From the NCBI GenBank assembly GCA_036172245.1, contig JAYWIR010000025.1, positions 2,108,001 through 2,172,000 on the forward strand: DNA of 64,000 bases. Direction: 5' to 3'. The DNA is from Raillietiella orientalis (Eukaryota). Within the stretch, counting starts at the first letter, position 1, and the number at the start of each line of letters is the position of its first letter. Under the pieces are notes generated by a model. The model had not been told where the DNA came from. It made no database searches and saw only the letters and a list, made by a program, of their open reading frames with translations. Position numbers and translations under genes: made by a program. Below are positions 1 to 14,519 of this stretch, piece by piece.

Positions 1-699
1 CTCATCTGGCTCCGTATCACATCCTATAGCTTCGCCTCACGCGTGTTTAGAGACCAACGGAACCGATGCAAACGCAGATGGTCATCGTGACGTTGGTCCA
101 AGAAGGCGCATCTGAGTCGTTTCTAGGTTTTCAAAAGTCGGTGGTATCAGACATGAAGGGTGAGGCGCTTTCGCACAGTAAACGCCATGATATGTTGATC
201 CTGTGTCCTCATAAAGATGCCCCTCCATAACGCATCTTGGCTCACTCTCCGTACTCATGAACTCCGCCTCAGAACGAGTCTGAATACACGATCTTTGAAA
301 AAGAATTCCTTGTAAGTGGTGGACGGCCGGGGACAGTTTTGTGACGGTCAGTGCGAAAGGTTTGTGTGCCGCGCGGATTTCTGGAGTCTGTCTTTGCGTT
401 ATGCCCTGCAGACCTGGTGGAGTCTGGAACGAAGCATAGCAGGAAAAGAGCGGCTCGGATTAGTCAAGAGGTCGGATGAGAGGGATCCCGTCTAAGAATA
501 GATCGAACGGGATTTTCTCTATGTTCCAAGAATACACACGGTTTGAGGAGATGAGCGGAAAAATCTGGAGGGACATCTGAAGAGTAAGCTGGAAGGGATG
601 GTTTTAAAAGTGATTCAGTGGCGTTCTGAAGAGACTGCGGATCGTTTTTTTTTTTTTCTTCTTCCTTCCTTTTTCGGTTTAGTTTGTTTACTGGACCTC

Positions 700-1060
700 C
701 GTAGCCGCTTCATAGCCATACCTTAGTCTCGATTAAGTCTTGTAGTTGTTTTTTCTAGTATCTCGCAATGGAACACTTTGGATTCGAGGATCGCACGGGA
801 CGGAAATACGTTAACTTGAACGGACTTCTGTTAGATTACGTTACGCGAGGTCAAGTCGAGCGGCTCCGGTGTTCCACAAAGTGCGATGGGATGGGTGCAC
901 GTGGCCTGCCGCTTGCTTTCGAGAAAAATCGGAATGTGTGTTGTTTTGACTACAGACTTGTCTTCAGCGTCCCAGCAGAGAGTGGGGAAACGGCATTTAC
1001 TTTTTCGGGGGAGGGGGGCAGTATTCAAACATCGTGACGAGGAGGCATCGGAGAGCGTAA
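700..1060 (+). mobile_element. Decayed L1/Tx1-like LINE reverse transcriptase remnant (may extend across about 300-2500)
   Basis: Broken frames give 'IAILSLD...MEHFGF', resembling RT 'ILSLDxxKAFD...MGF'. This is followed by 'GMGARGLPL', resembling 'GxRQGCPLS'. Many stops and frameshifts. Confidence 0.4.
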
Positions 1061-2600
1061 CGGGTTGTTTACTTCCTCGTTTGCTTTAGTTCAGTTTCAT
1101 TCACAGCTCTCTTCGAATCCAGCCAAAGCGTCGACACTTTTGTGACATGCAGAAACAAAAGCGAAAAGTGAAGGCATCTTCATAAGTGTAGGACTGACAC
1201 TCGGATTCAAGTTTCTGTTCGAATCTCGGAAAGCTCTTCCGTTTAACCCTTGTTTTCTAATACGCAGATGGGTATGTAGCAAGCATTATGTATCGACGTA
1301 TGCAATTCACAAACTGGTTGCTTGAGTGGAATTTCGTCATACGGTTGAATGAAGTTCAGGACTACTACTATTTTCCTCTTGTACACGTTTCCCCTCACCC
1401 CCCCCCCTCCTCATCCTCCTCCCCGATTCTAATCCTTGGAGCACAACCTGAGAGTGTATAACGAGAACAAGGAAGGACAAAAATTCACATTCTAGGGGAA
1501 AGGATTATTTTTACTCCTCATTTGCGATGTGGTTTAACGTTGCGCGCCGGATCCAATCCTGTTAATTTTGTGTTGAGCAAAAATTTTATCCGAAACTCCG
1601 CGACGAGGACCGAAAATTTTCGTGCTTTGGCACTCCTTTGGTATCATTCCAAGAGTGTTTTTGTCGGCTCGCTCCACCATCCAAAGAGCAGCAAGCGGCA
1701 TGCATCCTTGGGTTTCCCTGCGCGTATGTGTACGTGTAACAACACCGGGTCCTCCTAACACTCGGTCTGCTTACCACGGATTTAGGGGACCCACCCTCTT
1801 GACGTAATTTCAGCTCGTCGGATGTTCAGCACGGATTGAGGAGATGAACGTCTACAGTGGTGCATAGTGCTCGATCCTTTCACCTCCTTTTTCCCCCTTA
1901 TTTTATTATAATTTCTGTAACTGCTGTATTTCGTCCTGGCATCATTGCATGTTCTAACGGGATTCGTGAAATTCCATCGAATTCGGCCGATGTGTTTCGT
2001 TCCAGTTATACTCTTGTGTGAAATGAAAATTCGCCATTTTCGTACCGTCCTCACATGCTTGTTGTTGTTCTTTTGACGTCGAAAAATTTTGTAACAACTC
2101 ATGATGGGACATATATGGTTCTGAAAGGTCTTCCGAATACTCATGTGGTTTACTTGAAGACGGGTTCCCAGGCGAACGCATCCTGGCGCTGTTCTGCTTC
2201 AAAACGAAACGTGGATGTGGAATCCGTCGGCAAAATTCAAGATTCGGGAAAGCGGGAAGTCCGCTACCAGTCTTCGAGAACATTCGGTTTCATACCTATT
2301 TCCTGTCATCCAGAACGTGGAAGTGGTGCTCAACGTTGTGCACCATCATTTTGGTACCATCGGTGCAATAAAAAGCTCCTGCAGAAGAATGCCTGGATTC
2401 TCGCCGTTTTATTCGAAGAACTTCCGAGATCGATTTGTTGAGAAACGAAGATATGTGCGAGTGATGCAGGTGATACAGGATAAACACATGCAATTCTGCG
2501 CGCAATTCTTCATTTCATTTTATGGAATGGAAATTTTTAACAGTAAAAGGGGGTGGTGCTGCATAGCCGTTTTTCTCTCTCTCTCCCCCCACCATCCTCT

Positions 2601-2654
2601 CTCTATATATATGTATGTATATGCGTGTATATATATATATATATATATATATAT
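2601..2654. repeat. (CT)n/(TA)n microsatellite
   Basis: Directly visible dinucleotide run. Confidence 0.9.
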
Positions 2655-3357
2655 GATTACGTAGATAGATATTCAGTGTACGTATATAGTGGATTATATG
2701 TACACACCTTTGCGTACATCTAAGGATATGTATAAGGCATTTCAGGACGTTCAACACATTATTTGAAGGAGAAGAAAAATCCAGACTGCCAAACTGAGAT
2801 GTTCGGAACTGCCGGTTTTTATTGTTCCAGATAATTCAAACGAGAAGCGTACATAAATTGTGAAATTCTTGGAACCCTAGGAAGGCAGGGTTTTCGTTCC
2901 ACGAGGGTTTCCATTTTGTGTCCTGTTTCTTCGTATAGTACTGGATAGTTTAATCACACCTTCCGTAGGTGTGGGTCATCGGTATTTGCAGCACAGAAGT
3001 GCTTCTCACATGGGAGAACCGGTCAACTTTTACGATATAAAAGTTCAGGAGACCTCCCTACTCGAAATAAAAATTGCGTTTCTGAATTCTAGGAACGGAA
3101 TCATAATACGTTGGGGTCACTCAAAATTAGCGAGGTTCCCTTCAGATAAACTGAATATCGGAGGATGTGTGAAAATCCGACTCGTTATGCTTTTTCCGGG
3201 CTGCTCCCACGTTTACTTGGAGTTCCTCCGAATCTCTCATCGACATAACGTGTTTTTGTTATATGGGCACACATTTTGTGCGGATGTTAGATTTTTGTTT
3301 ATCTTCGCAGTAAGAATAAACAGCATGATTTTCGAGTTATCGCATGAAATTCAGGGT

Positions 3358-3400
3358 TATTATTATTATCATTATTATTATTGTTATCATTATTATTATC
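3358..3400. repeat. Imperfect (TAT/CAT)n microsatellite
   Basis: tattattattatcattattattattgttatcattattattatc. Confidence 0.85.
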
Positions 3401-5662
3401 AGAACGTGCAAAACCCTTTATTGAAAAACTGCTGGCTTGCGCACAATGGCTAAAAGAGGGGCGTTGACTTTGGCGAAATGCTGGTATTCCAGGAGAGGAG
3501 GGGGGGGGGAGGAGAAGAAAAAAAGAAAGAAAGAAAGAAATCAGACGACCATCATTGGGTTTTCCTCTGTCCATATGGTGAAACTAAACTAGTTCTTTGT
3601 ATCACAATAAAGTAATTATCAAGTCAATATGGAATGGACTGCTAAAGTTGTAGACCCAGAATTGCCTTTCCGTAAGCGATAGCCCTTTTTTTTTTTTCTC
3701 CCCTCTCTCTTTCTTTTTTTTCTTTTTTAAAGCAAATTTATGCATGTATATATGCGTACCTTGACCACGGTTTTTGTTGTTTTTCTCCGTATATGCAGAT
3801 AAAAAGTATTCATTTATCAGTGGAAATGGAAGATTACTATTGTGTTTAAGTTGGGTTTTGCTGCTTGTGTACGCAAATTGTGTAACCGTTTCTGGAAACG
3901 GACTGAAAAAAAAAAAAAAAAAAAACAATACGACTTCTCTCTGAGTTTAGAATATTCATGTTGCTTTTTCAGTTTTCGTTACTTGTGAGTGGTAGTGGTT
4001 GAAATTTATTACTAATGATGCATTTATTATCAGTAGGCAATAAACGTTTGTTCATTCTGCTGCGTGAGAGTGAATAATCAGAAAGTGAAGTGATGTAACA
4101 TATTTAACATATGCAGCCGAGGACTGTTGTTGGTCTTTGTTTTACGAAAAGAAATGGCATTCATTTAGGTAGATATTCGTACGCGAATGGTAGCAGGCGG
4201 CATGATTTTTGGAACATTGATCGTAGAGAGGAGCACGGAATAAATGACAACGAGAATTGCCACAAAACTTATGTTTCATACTGGTTTTTCCTTTCTTTGT
4301 GGCACTTTTTCCGTTCCCCCAAACGTGAGGCTTGATCAGCTATATTTAATCTGCAGTCACTTGAGTTTGGAGCATTTATCATTTATTATGGGTGTTTAAG
4401 GTCCTGGATTGTTTAACAAAGCGTCAGGGTTTCATCTGCATTAAATCTCATAGTTTAAATCCCATGTCGTATCAGCTCAACAAGAAAGTTTGTGTGTTCA
4501 CATAAATATCACCTTAAAAGTTAAAAGTTTAAAGTCTCAAGAGTGAAGGCTACTGTAAAAGTTTCGTGTCCAAGGCAAATAAATATTGACAATCAAAGCA
4601 TAAAAAATTTACAACATGACTAAGGTCTCACTATTGCAAATATTATTAACAGGAAGTAAACCACAAAAACAGTTGTTTACTTTTTTGACAAAGAGTAAAC
4701 AGCTGTTTTCCAAATTCAGAAAACACTTTAAAAGAGTTAAGAGAAAATGTGAGATTGATTTTTCCGAATTCATGAGATAAAGAAAAATGTCATCAGTATA
4801 AGAAATTCAAAAGTCAATAGAAAGAATAGAGACTGGCTTGCAAAATGTGTGTAAAGAAACCAACAGTATGGTTGATAAAATGTGGGATTGGTCAAGGACT
4901 TTGAATCAAGGAACTTATTTTAGTGGAGTATGAAGTAAATCGAGATTTCTTTTTGTCTCATAGAGATTTGATGGCAACTTCTGAATAATAGCTTCACCCA
5001 AATTGTGAATGATGGTGTCTTGGTGGGTAACAGATAGTCTAGTCAGTGCGTAGAAACAAGTTCAAAATTTTTTAGGACAGAAACTCAGATATCTTACTGA
5101 ATCCTTTGCAATCTTTTTAGAAGTAAATGTCATGTTTGCAAATTTACCTAACATACTTTTAGGGAGACATGTGGACATATATCAGTATTTTTTACTTCAA
5201 ATTAATTTTCAGTGAAAGCAGTAAACGTTTTGGGAAAATGTGAAGATCAGAGCTAATGCATAATCTTCAGTTTGAAGTAAAATATTAGTTGTAAATTGTT
5301 TTGGAATGTAATGTTAGCATTTACAGAAGAACAACACAGTTTGGAAGCAAGCATCGCATATAATGTATAAGTTCTGTAAAAACTTTGTGTAAATTTTGTG
5401 ACACGTAATGTTTTGGATATGTACGCACCTATACCCTCAGAGAGTACTGTGATAGCAGAAATGGTTATGAAAAGCAAGATAGGCGAATTGAAAAACGAGC
5501 CTTAGTAATTCGAAAGAATGTATTCTGAATTAAGAATGGTAAAGCTGGCATATGTGATATAGATTGTTATGCAAAGATTCTTGAAAATGTTGTTGTTAAG
5601 TGTAATTACAATTGCAAATTGAAAGTGTGTGTTAAAATGGTATGTGGATTTCATTTTTCAGA

Positions 5663-7109
5663 ATGGTTGCCAGTTCTCCAGGTTCTCATGAACATTATGA
5701 CAGTTTAGCAGCTACAGAAGATTCTCAGAATGAGACATTATGCCATGTTTTCCATAATGAAGTTGTTCCTTGTAGAGACAACACCTTGAATGTGGATAGT
5801 GTCAGTCCTTGTGACCATTCATCTCTCAGTCCACAGCACATGTCAGATCGCACAGCACAGGTAGATCACACATGCAGTTTAGAATATATCAAAGAAACAA
5901 TAGGAAATTCACCAGAGGCAACCACTTCTTTTATATGACAGTGATTCAGCTGCACCCTGGGATCATGAAAATGATCAGCAAGCAGATGCTACCAGTGCAC
6001 GTTACTGTTCAGAAACAGCTGATTCCTGTAATGGCATTATTAGGATAGTGCTGCCAACACCCTTAAGAGAAGAAGTTAAACTACCCAAAGAGAAACTGAA
6101 GACTTTGTTTTGTGAGTGTTAAGAGTAGCAGGCTGGTTTGAAGATTGTCTGCAGCTTTTTTGTTTGTGTTCTTTTGCTGCACCCTGAATATGGTGTCTCT
6201 TGCTGTGATCCATGACCGGGTACCCAACAGAAAGATTTACCCACCATTACCAGATGTTTTGCTGGATAACATAAAATCTGCAGACTGGGCCCTGGATGTG
6301 TCAGAGTACTTGATCATGGCCTCTATTTACTCCTCTATTGTGGTCATGCTGTTACATAGGCATAGGTATCCATCCTTGATTTGCATTCTTTGGCCTTCAT
6401 TGTTTCTCAGATGGATTTTGTTTAGGAGAATCTTTTTTATTCTGGGGTTGTTATATTTAATGAGATCTGTCACAATGTATGTCACAGTGCTCCCAGTTGC
6501 CAGTACCACTTATTATTGTTCTCCACAAGTCAATGCCACTTCCTTGGCTGTTGTTGCACAGAGAGTGTGGCAACTCATCACTGGATTTGGATTGTCAGTT
6601 AATGGTCGTCATACATATTGTGGTGACTACATCTACAGTGGACATACAGTAATCCTTACTATGACATATTTGATCTTCCAAGAATGTAAGCTTGGCTCCA
6701 GACAGTTTCTTGTTTAACCCACAAGCAGATACTCCTCAACGCTGTATGGTGCTTCATTGGTTGGTGTGGTGTACTAGTATGCTTGGAGTGAGCATGCTTC
6801 TGTATGCCCGAGGTCACTATACAGTAGATGTGATTATTGCATACTATGTGACGACTCGCCTTTTTTGGATCTATCACACCATGGCCAACAATGCAGTTTT
6901 GAGGGTAAGCTTCCTATTTGTTTATTTTTCTTTTATTGAAAGCTGGGCTATAGACTACTAGCCCCCACAACTTCATCTCCAGAGTTTGGTGGCACTTCAT
7001 TTTCTCCTACTTTGAAAAGAATGTGTCTGGGGTAGTCCCTAGACAATATGATTGGCCATTTCCTTGGCCAGCACGTTTTCACCGCAAACAGCCGGAGAGA
7101 AGCTCTTGA
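5663..7109 (+). CDS. SMS: Sphingomyelin synthase (phosphatidylcholine:ceramide cholinephosphotransferase), about 407 aa. Exons 5663-5860, 5904-6111, 6155-6365, 6411-6685, 6729-6904, 6954-7109
   Basis: Five GT-AG introns (43, 43, 45, 43, 49 nt) splice into one frame of 1224 nt. SMS motifs are present: PPLPD, CGDYIYSGHT, ARGHYTVDVIIAY and C-terminal WWxxIFSYFEKNV...WPFPWP. An acceptor just before the ATG (AG at 5660-5661) implies an upstream exon, so the start is provisional. Confidence 0.93.
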
Positions 7110-7213
7110 TAAATTGTTCTTGGTAAGTTTTAGAAGATGATATTATAATGTACTCATGCAGCAGCATTAGTTTGATAGAGAAGCAAAAGGACAACAAAAC
7201 GAAAGATTGTTTA

Positions 7214-9212
<1,999 letters not shown>

Positions 9213-11602
9213 TGACCGTTACTTATGAAGGCACTTGTATGTGACAACATGAACAAAATGCCGCCGTCTTGTTAAAAGTCATGATGTACATCAGTCACAA
9301 GGATAAAAAAATGCACCTCAGCTGATTTACGCATTATCGTACTTTAATCTGTGCTGACATTTATCCCTGAAATACACATTAAATAAGTGTACCTTATGTG
9401 CTGCCATTCTGTAGAAATGATTCCCTAGCTGATGTATGCACATAACATTCCGAAAAAGTGGCGCCAAGCTCACAAGAATTGCAATACACTTCTGAACCAA
9501 TGGAGTACGACAACTGCAAATCTGCCGAGATTGTATTCCAACATTTATGCAAGTACAAGTTCCACAGTGTGGAAAAGAATCGAAAAAACTTGCTGATTCC
9601 GTCCCCCCCCCCCCCCACGTTTTCCCGCTCAACAGAGTACCTCAGAAGAGCATACACGCACGCTCATACATATAGGTGTACAAATATTTAGAAATTACAT
9701 GTCACAGACTGAAAATAGTCTATTAAATTCATTCCAACGTAAATAATTGATAAAAACTTCCATGAGAAAAAAAAAACACTTGTAATGAAAAAGTCCATTC
9801 AGGAAAACGAGTAAACGCACATTTATTACAAGAGATCTTTTAAAATAAATAAGTGCAGTCAGTATGCGTTAATCTGCATAGACTGAACTACTATTAGTGG
9901 GAGCTCCATTAACTGAAGGGTTTACCTAGTACACTCCGTACTTAAACTAACTAAAGTTCACCCTCCTTTAATGCCTTGAACCAACTTGATACTGCTAAGA
10001 GAGATAAAAATCACTTGCTACAGCACCTGCTAACATCTGGTTAAAAACTCAAAGAAACTCAAGTCATCTGTATGCTCTAAATTAGCATCCTGGTTTATAG
10101 ATTTAGCTAAATTAAGAAAAGGAGTTCACAGTGGCAACTATTCTCACTGAATAGGTCTTAGCTTTGTGGCAATATTTTGATTTCCGATTTACTTTTGGTG
10201 AAAAAAGAAAAAAATCCACTAGTTTCAAAAAAGAGAACGCCATACTTTCTACATTAGCAGTACGTGGTGCAAACACAATTAGAAATCCACTGAATACATC
10301 TGACCCAATTGCCATCCAGAAAGATTAGAATGTAATTGATAATTCCGTTTAATAATGGTAGCAGTAAAAAGCACTCAGCGTTGAACTGAATTCTGTTGAC
10401 ATGTGTTTTGTTTGCTATTTGATTCTTCAAATAATGATTAGGGAGTTACAAATTTTTTATAAGAAAGATTCACTGTTTTCATGGAATTGCACATACGCAG
10501 GAAGAGGAGGTTTGTGTGTAATTTCAAACGCACATATTCTTCAGTATCTATTGCAACTCCCAATCGTTCTGCAAGAAAGCACAGAACAAGTTCAAGTTTG
10601 AATATCTGCATCACATGCTTTCTCATTTTCTTGTTCGCGCACACATTTTTGACACCTTTCTTTTTTCCAAAAAAAAATAGAAACACGAGATTTCCTGGTA
10701 TTTTATTTATTATTTGACTTGATTTCTCAGGATCATCAATATTTTTTATCTACGTCTCTGTTTGTGAGTCCTTTCTTTTATAGTTGGAACAGGTGCCGTT
10801 CCAGTCCACTTGGGAAATTCATTACTTCTTATTCATGCAGTTAACCAATTCGTCCTCAGGATAGTCCCATCACAAGGAAGATAAACAAAAAAAAAAAAAA
10901 AAACGTTTACGGCTTCGTGTTTACTTTTCCCCGTGAATTTTCCAAGAAAAATCACAACAGATCAAAATGCTGCACACCTCAAGGCACTACTATGCGTCGA
11001 AGGCGCCCCTGCTTTCCGAAAGGCAGCGAATTGCGTGTTGCGCGGTGCGGGGAATGCAATGGGGAAAGCTGGTCGGTTACTGCATGGAGGAGGAGATGCA
11101 TTAGTAGCAACGGGCAGTTAAAGAGTGGTGGGCAAGTAATTTTTATCGTTCGCCAAGTTGAATCATTTTTCAGTTTGGTGGAGTGTTTTAAATTTAACTG
11201 AAACTTTTCCATCCTTTGAATTATGATGGCAGGAAAGTACGAGCATTGTAGATGCAAAGGTTTTGTGCACGTTTAATAAAATGCAAATTAAGTGCATATA
11301 CTCAAACACTTTAATACTTAATGATGAAAATGACCGAAATACCCAGCAACATTCAAGAAATGCAATGATGTTTGCTATATAGTTGATTTGTACAACCATT
11401 TTTTTCCGTCGATAAGGGTGCAGGCAAATTATTTCACATCAGTTCTTCTGTTTACTCCATTTTTAATCATCCACATCTTTAATGCATGTGTATTTGTGTT
11501 CATCAATGTTCCTCAAGTAATGTAAATTATTTTACATCAAATACCGTTAATGATTTAATCCTTATTCCTAAATTATCTTTATGTACATGAACTCAATCCA
11601 TT

Positions 11603-11869
11603 TGAATAATAACTTGTTTTTTATTAAAAGTTGATGATAGTTGATTTTTTAATTCATTAATATTAGGACGCAAAGCTAAAATTATTACTTCACAATCAAC
11701 TAAAAAATTTCAATCTTTACTTACTTGAAATTGCTCATTTTGAAAACGAGTAACTTGCATTGCTTGCAACTACAATTTTAAAATCTGTTTTTTGATATTT
11801 TTCACTATTTAATAAACCCTTAATAATGCTTGTACCTAAATGCCCTGCACCCAAAATTCCAATTTTCAT
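11603..11869 (-). pseudogene. proC: Pyrroline-5-carboxylate reductase N-terminal fragment, bacterial, frameshifted and 3'-truncated
   Basis: MKIGILGAGHLGTSIIKGLLNS (Rossmann GxGxxG), then a frameshift near 11760, then SKD[TGA]NFLVDCEVIILALRP...KKQVII. AGGAG ribosome-binding site at 11880-11876. Confidence 0.8.
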
Positions 11870-12007
11870 ATTTTTCTCCTTATATATTAATGTTAGATTT
11901 TATCATAAAAGATTTATTTTTTAGTATATTTTTTTCTAAAAATATGTACACTTATTTTGGATATTTTTAGGTAAGTAAGAAAAAATTATTAGGAAAGGGA
12001 TGTTTTT

Positions 12008-12163
12008 ATGGATGAAAAAGTTAGAAGAGAGAAAGAAGTAGCAGCAGTAAGACGAAAATTTGAACTAGATAAAATCAGAAAAGAAACAGAAAAAGCTGAA
12101 TTAGAAACAAAACAATAAGAAGCAGAAAATAAAAGAAAAAATCAAAATAAATTTTTTTTATAA
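12008..12163 (+). pseudogene. Small charged coiled-coil bacterial ORF, probably with a premature stop at 12116-12118
   Basis: AGGAAAGGGA lies 7 nt upstream of the ATG. Reads MDEKVRREKEVAAVRRKFELDKIRKETEKAELETKQ*EAENKRKNQNKFFL*, with the same composition on both sides of the first stop. Confidence 0.55.
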
Positions 12164-12259
12164 AATTATTATTTAAATTACTTAAAATGTAAGTCTATAT
12201 AAAAAATTCTAATTTGTAAGGTAAATAAATATATAAAAAAACAAAGGATTACTTTTTTT

Positions 12260-12292
12260 AAAAAATTCACTTAATTATTAAGTGAATTTTTT
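12260..12292. terminator. Bidirectional intrinsic terminator-like hairpin
   Basis: aaaaaattcacttaa-tta-ttaagtgaatttttt, a 15 bp perfect stem lying between the convergent small ORF and the helicase. Confidence 0.75.
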
Positions 12293-12307
12293 TAAACAAT
12301 TAATAGT

Positions 12308-13030
12308 CTAATATTTTGTTTTTTTTTTTCATTTTGAATTACTATCAACATTATGTTGAAAATCATTTCTACTATGAGATGCAAAATTTAGTGTAGTTGG
12401 TACTTTAACAATATTTTTAGGTAAATTTCAGCCTGCAGTATCCAATAAAGTAATTTCATGATTTTGATAATAATGAATTTCTTGAATTTCATTATATTGA
12501 GCTCTATTACTTACTAAAGTAATAGCAGTTCCTTGTGCTTCAGCATGAGCTGTTCTACCAATATGGTGAGTACATTGTTCACATGGAATATCATAATTGA
12601 AAACGTAATCAATACCATTAATATCAATTCCTCTAGCAACAACATCAGTCGCAATCAGCACTTTAACCCTAGCATTTTTAAATTGTCGCATTGCTTCCAT
12701 ATGTTCTCTTTGACTTTTATCACCATTAATAACAGCACATCTAATATTGTTTTGTTTGAATAATTGTGCAATTTTGCTAGTCAAAGCTTTTGTATTTGAA
12801 AGAACAATACTTAATTGGGGTTTTAATTTTTCATATAAAGTGATTAGTGCAGTGTCTTTAGTTATATTACGATAGTCAAAATAATACTGTTTAATATTTG
12901 CTTGTTGTAATTTTTGGGTTTCATCTTCAACACTAATACTAACCGGATTATTTTGACAATCATCAGCCATTTTTAAAACTGGTTTTGACATTGTTGCTGA
13001 AAAAAGCACAGTTTGAATATTTTGAGGTGA
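12308..13030 (-). pseudogene. Bacterial DEAD-box RNA helicase (CshA/DeaD-like), C-terminal half only, degenerate
   Basis: Motif III QTVLFSATM, INGDKSQ, motif V VLIATDVVARGIDI and a damaged motif VI HHIGRTAHAE. Walker A and DEAD motifs are absent. With TGA=Trp the frame runs on from 12428 to a TAG at 12310-12308, 15 nt before the terminator. Confidence 0.88.
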
Positions 13031-14519
13031 TCCATAATAAAATTAAGGAGCAGCTTTTTTCCGGCTTTTTATTAGACATCCAACTGTTCCATTTTACCTT
13101 TATGCTTTTTCATAGTGTGACATCTAGGATTGTATTTATCTGAGTGACCAGTGTTGTGTTTTCTTACCTTTCTTAATATTAATTGTTTTCCTTTGGTCTT
13201 TCTTATCTTTAGGAAGTTTTTGTGAAAATTCCTGACAAAAGAAAGTAAATCATTACCCATTGTGTCATGCAGTATGCACTTTTGTAATTACTGTTAAACC
13301 AATGGATACATTAATGTGTTTGATAGTTTTCTTTGCAGTGTTCATATGCTAATCATATTTTGAGTGAAATTTTTGTAGTGTTTCTAGGTGCTGCTACCAG
13401 GATCAGTGTATATTGGAGGATGTGACACCTAAACATAATAGTTTGGACGTTATAAAATCAACTGTAGAAGTTCAAATCTTATTTAATAAATGAGTTATGA
13501 TTAAATGTTGAAACTTTGATTGAGAGATTAAGGTCAAGTATTGTGCATGCAATACTTTAATTGATAATTAATTTGCAATCCCCTTATTTCAGACATTTTT
13601 ATGGCATTTGTAATGGGTTGCAATGTGTACTCAAATGTTGTGTACATTAGAAATTGAAATTCAAATTAGTTGATGAAACAAAATGCGTGTGAATGCTGAA
13701 GATACAAGTATTGTGTAATGTCAAAGCTTGCAGCTTCACCTTCAGTAAAAACAAAATATGTATACTTGTTTGTATAGCATGCTAATACATGGGATGCCTC
13801 CAGTTTCGTATTTGATTTCCAATTTCTGAATCATCTTGTCCTTTTGTATTTCTATGCTGCAACCGTTGTTTTGCAACAGTGACTACAGCATAGAAATAGA
13901 AAAGATTGTAAACCTTTCAGAGGTGCATTGGAAGATGTAATTTTTGTTTGTAGCTGTGGCAATTTTTCCCATCTTTTATTTACCAAATGATGTGAATAAT
14001 TTAGATGGATAGTGAAGTAAAGGTTTGACACATTGAAGGGATCGTATTCCATTCAGAGCAGCAGTGTGTTGGAATAAAGATCTTTAGGACACATTCTTCT
14101 TCTAAACCTGACTGTATGGAACAATGGAAGGAATGAAAGTGTACGGGACATTGAAGTAATTGTAATGGCTGTTGATGTTTGGGATTTAAACAATTCATTG
14201 CTGGACCAACCAATGGGGGAAATTGCACTTTTACAGGAATAATTTCTTTGTCGTACCGAATCAGTGAGTGGTTGCACTCTAGCTGTATTTACTTGGTCTT
14301 TTCGTTGAGTACACACAATTTTTATTGAAAGTAAGTAGGAACCCAGAAGTCTAAACCCTGCTGAAATGGCCAGTGTGTTAAAAGTTCATTTATAGCGAAT
14401 GCATATAAAAGTAAGAAATAAGTTTATTTTGCAGTAATAACGAAAAAGTAGGTTGGGTCATGGGTTACTGATTATGTATATGTACTGATTGTTTCGTATT
14501 TTACGTAAGTAATAAGCTG

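Larger units (their letters stand above)
11600..13030. other. Bacterial (Mollicutes, Spiroplasma-like) DNA segment embedded in eukaryotic sequence
   Basis: Very AT-rich, intronless bacterial genes with Shine-Dalgarno sites, an intrinsic terminator and in-frame TGA codons that make sense as Trp. The genes at both ends are truncated. Confidence 0.85.

Noticed and set aside
3973..3984. Possible tiny 5' UTR exon of SMS (tttttcag|ttttcgttactt|gtgagt)
   Set aside because: Splice-like signals only; it cannot be tied to the gene from sequence alone.
9281..9325. C/D-box snoRNA-like motif pair (ATGATGT...CTGA)
   Set aside because: The C box is imperfect, the span is too short and there is no terminal stem.
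12428..13009. 193-aa helicase ORF as a functional host gene
   Set aside because: It lacks the N-terminal RecA domain, starts at a GTG inside motif III, has a damaged motif VI, and its stop is a code-4 Trp codon.
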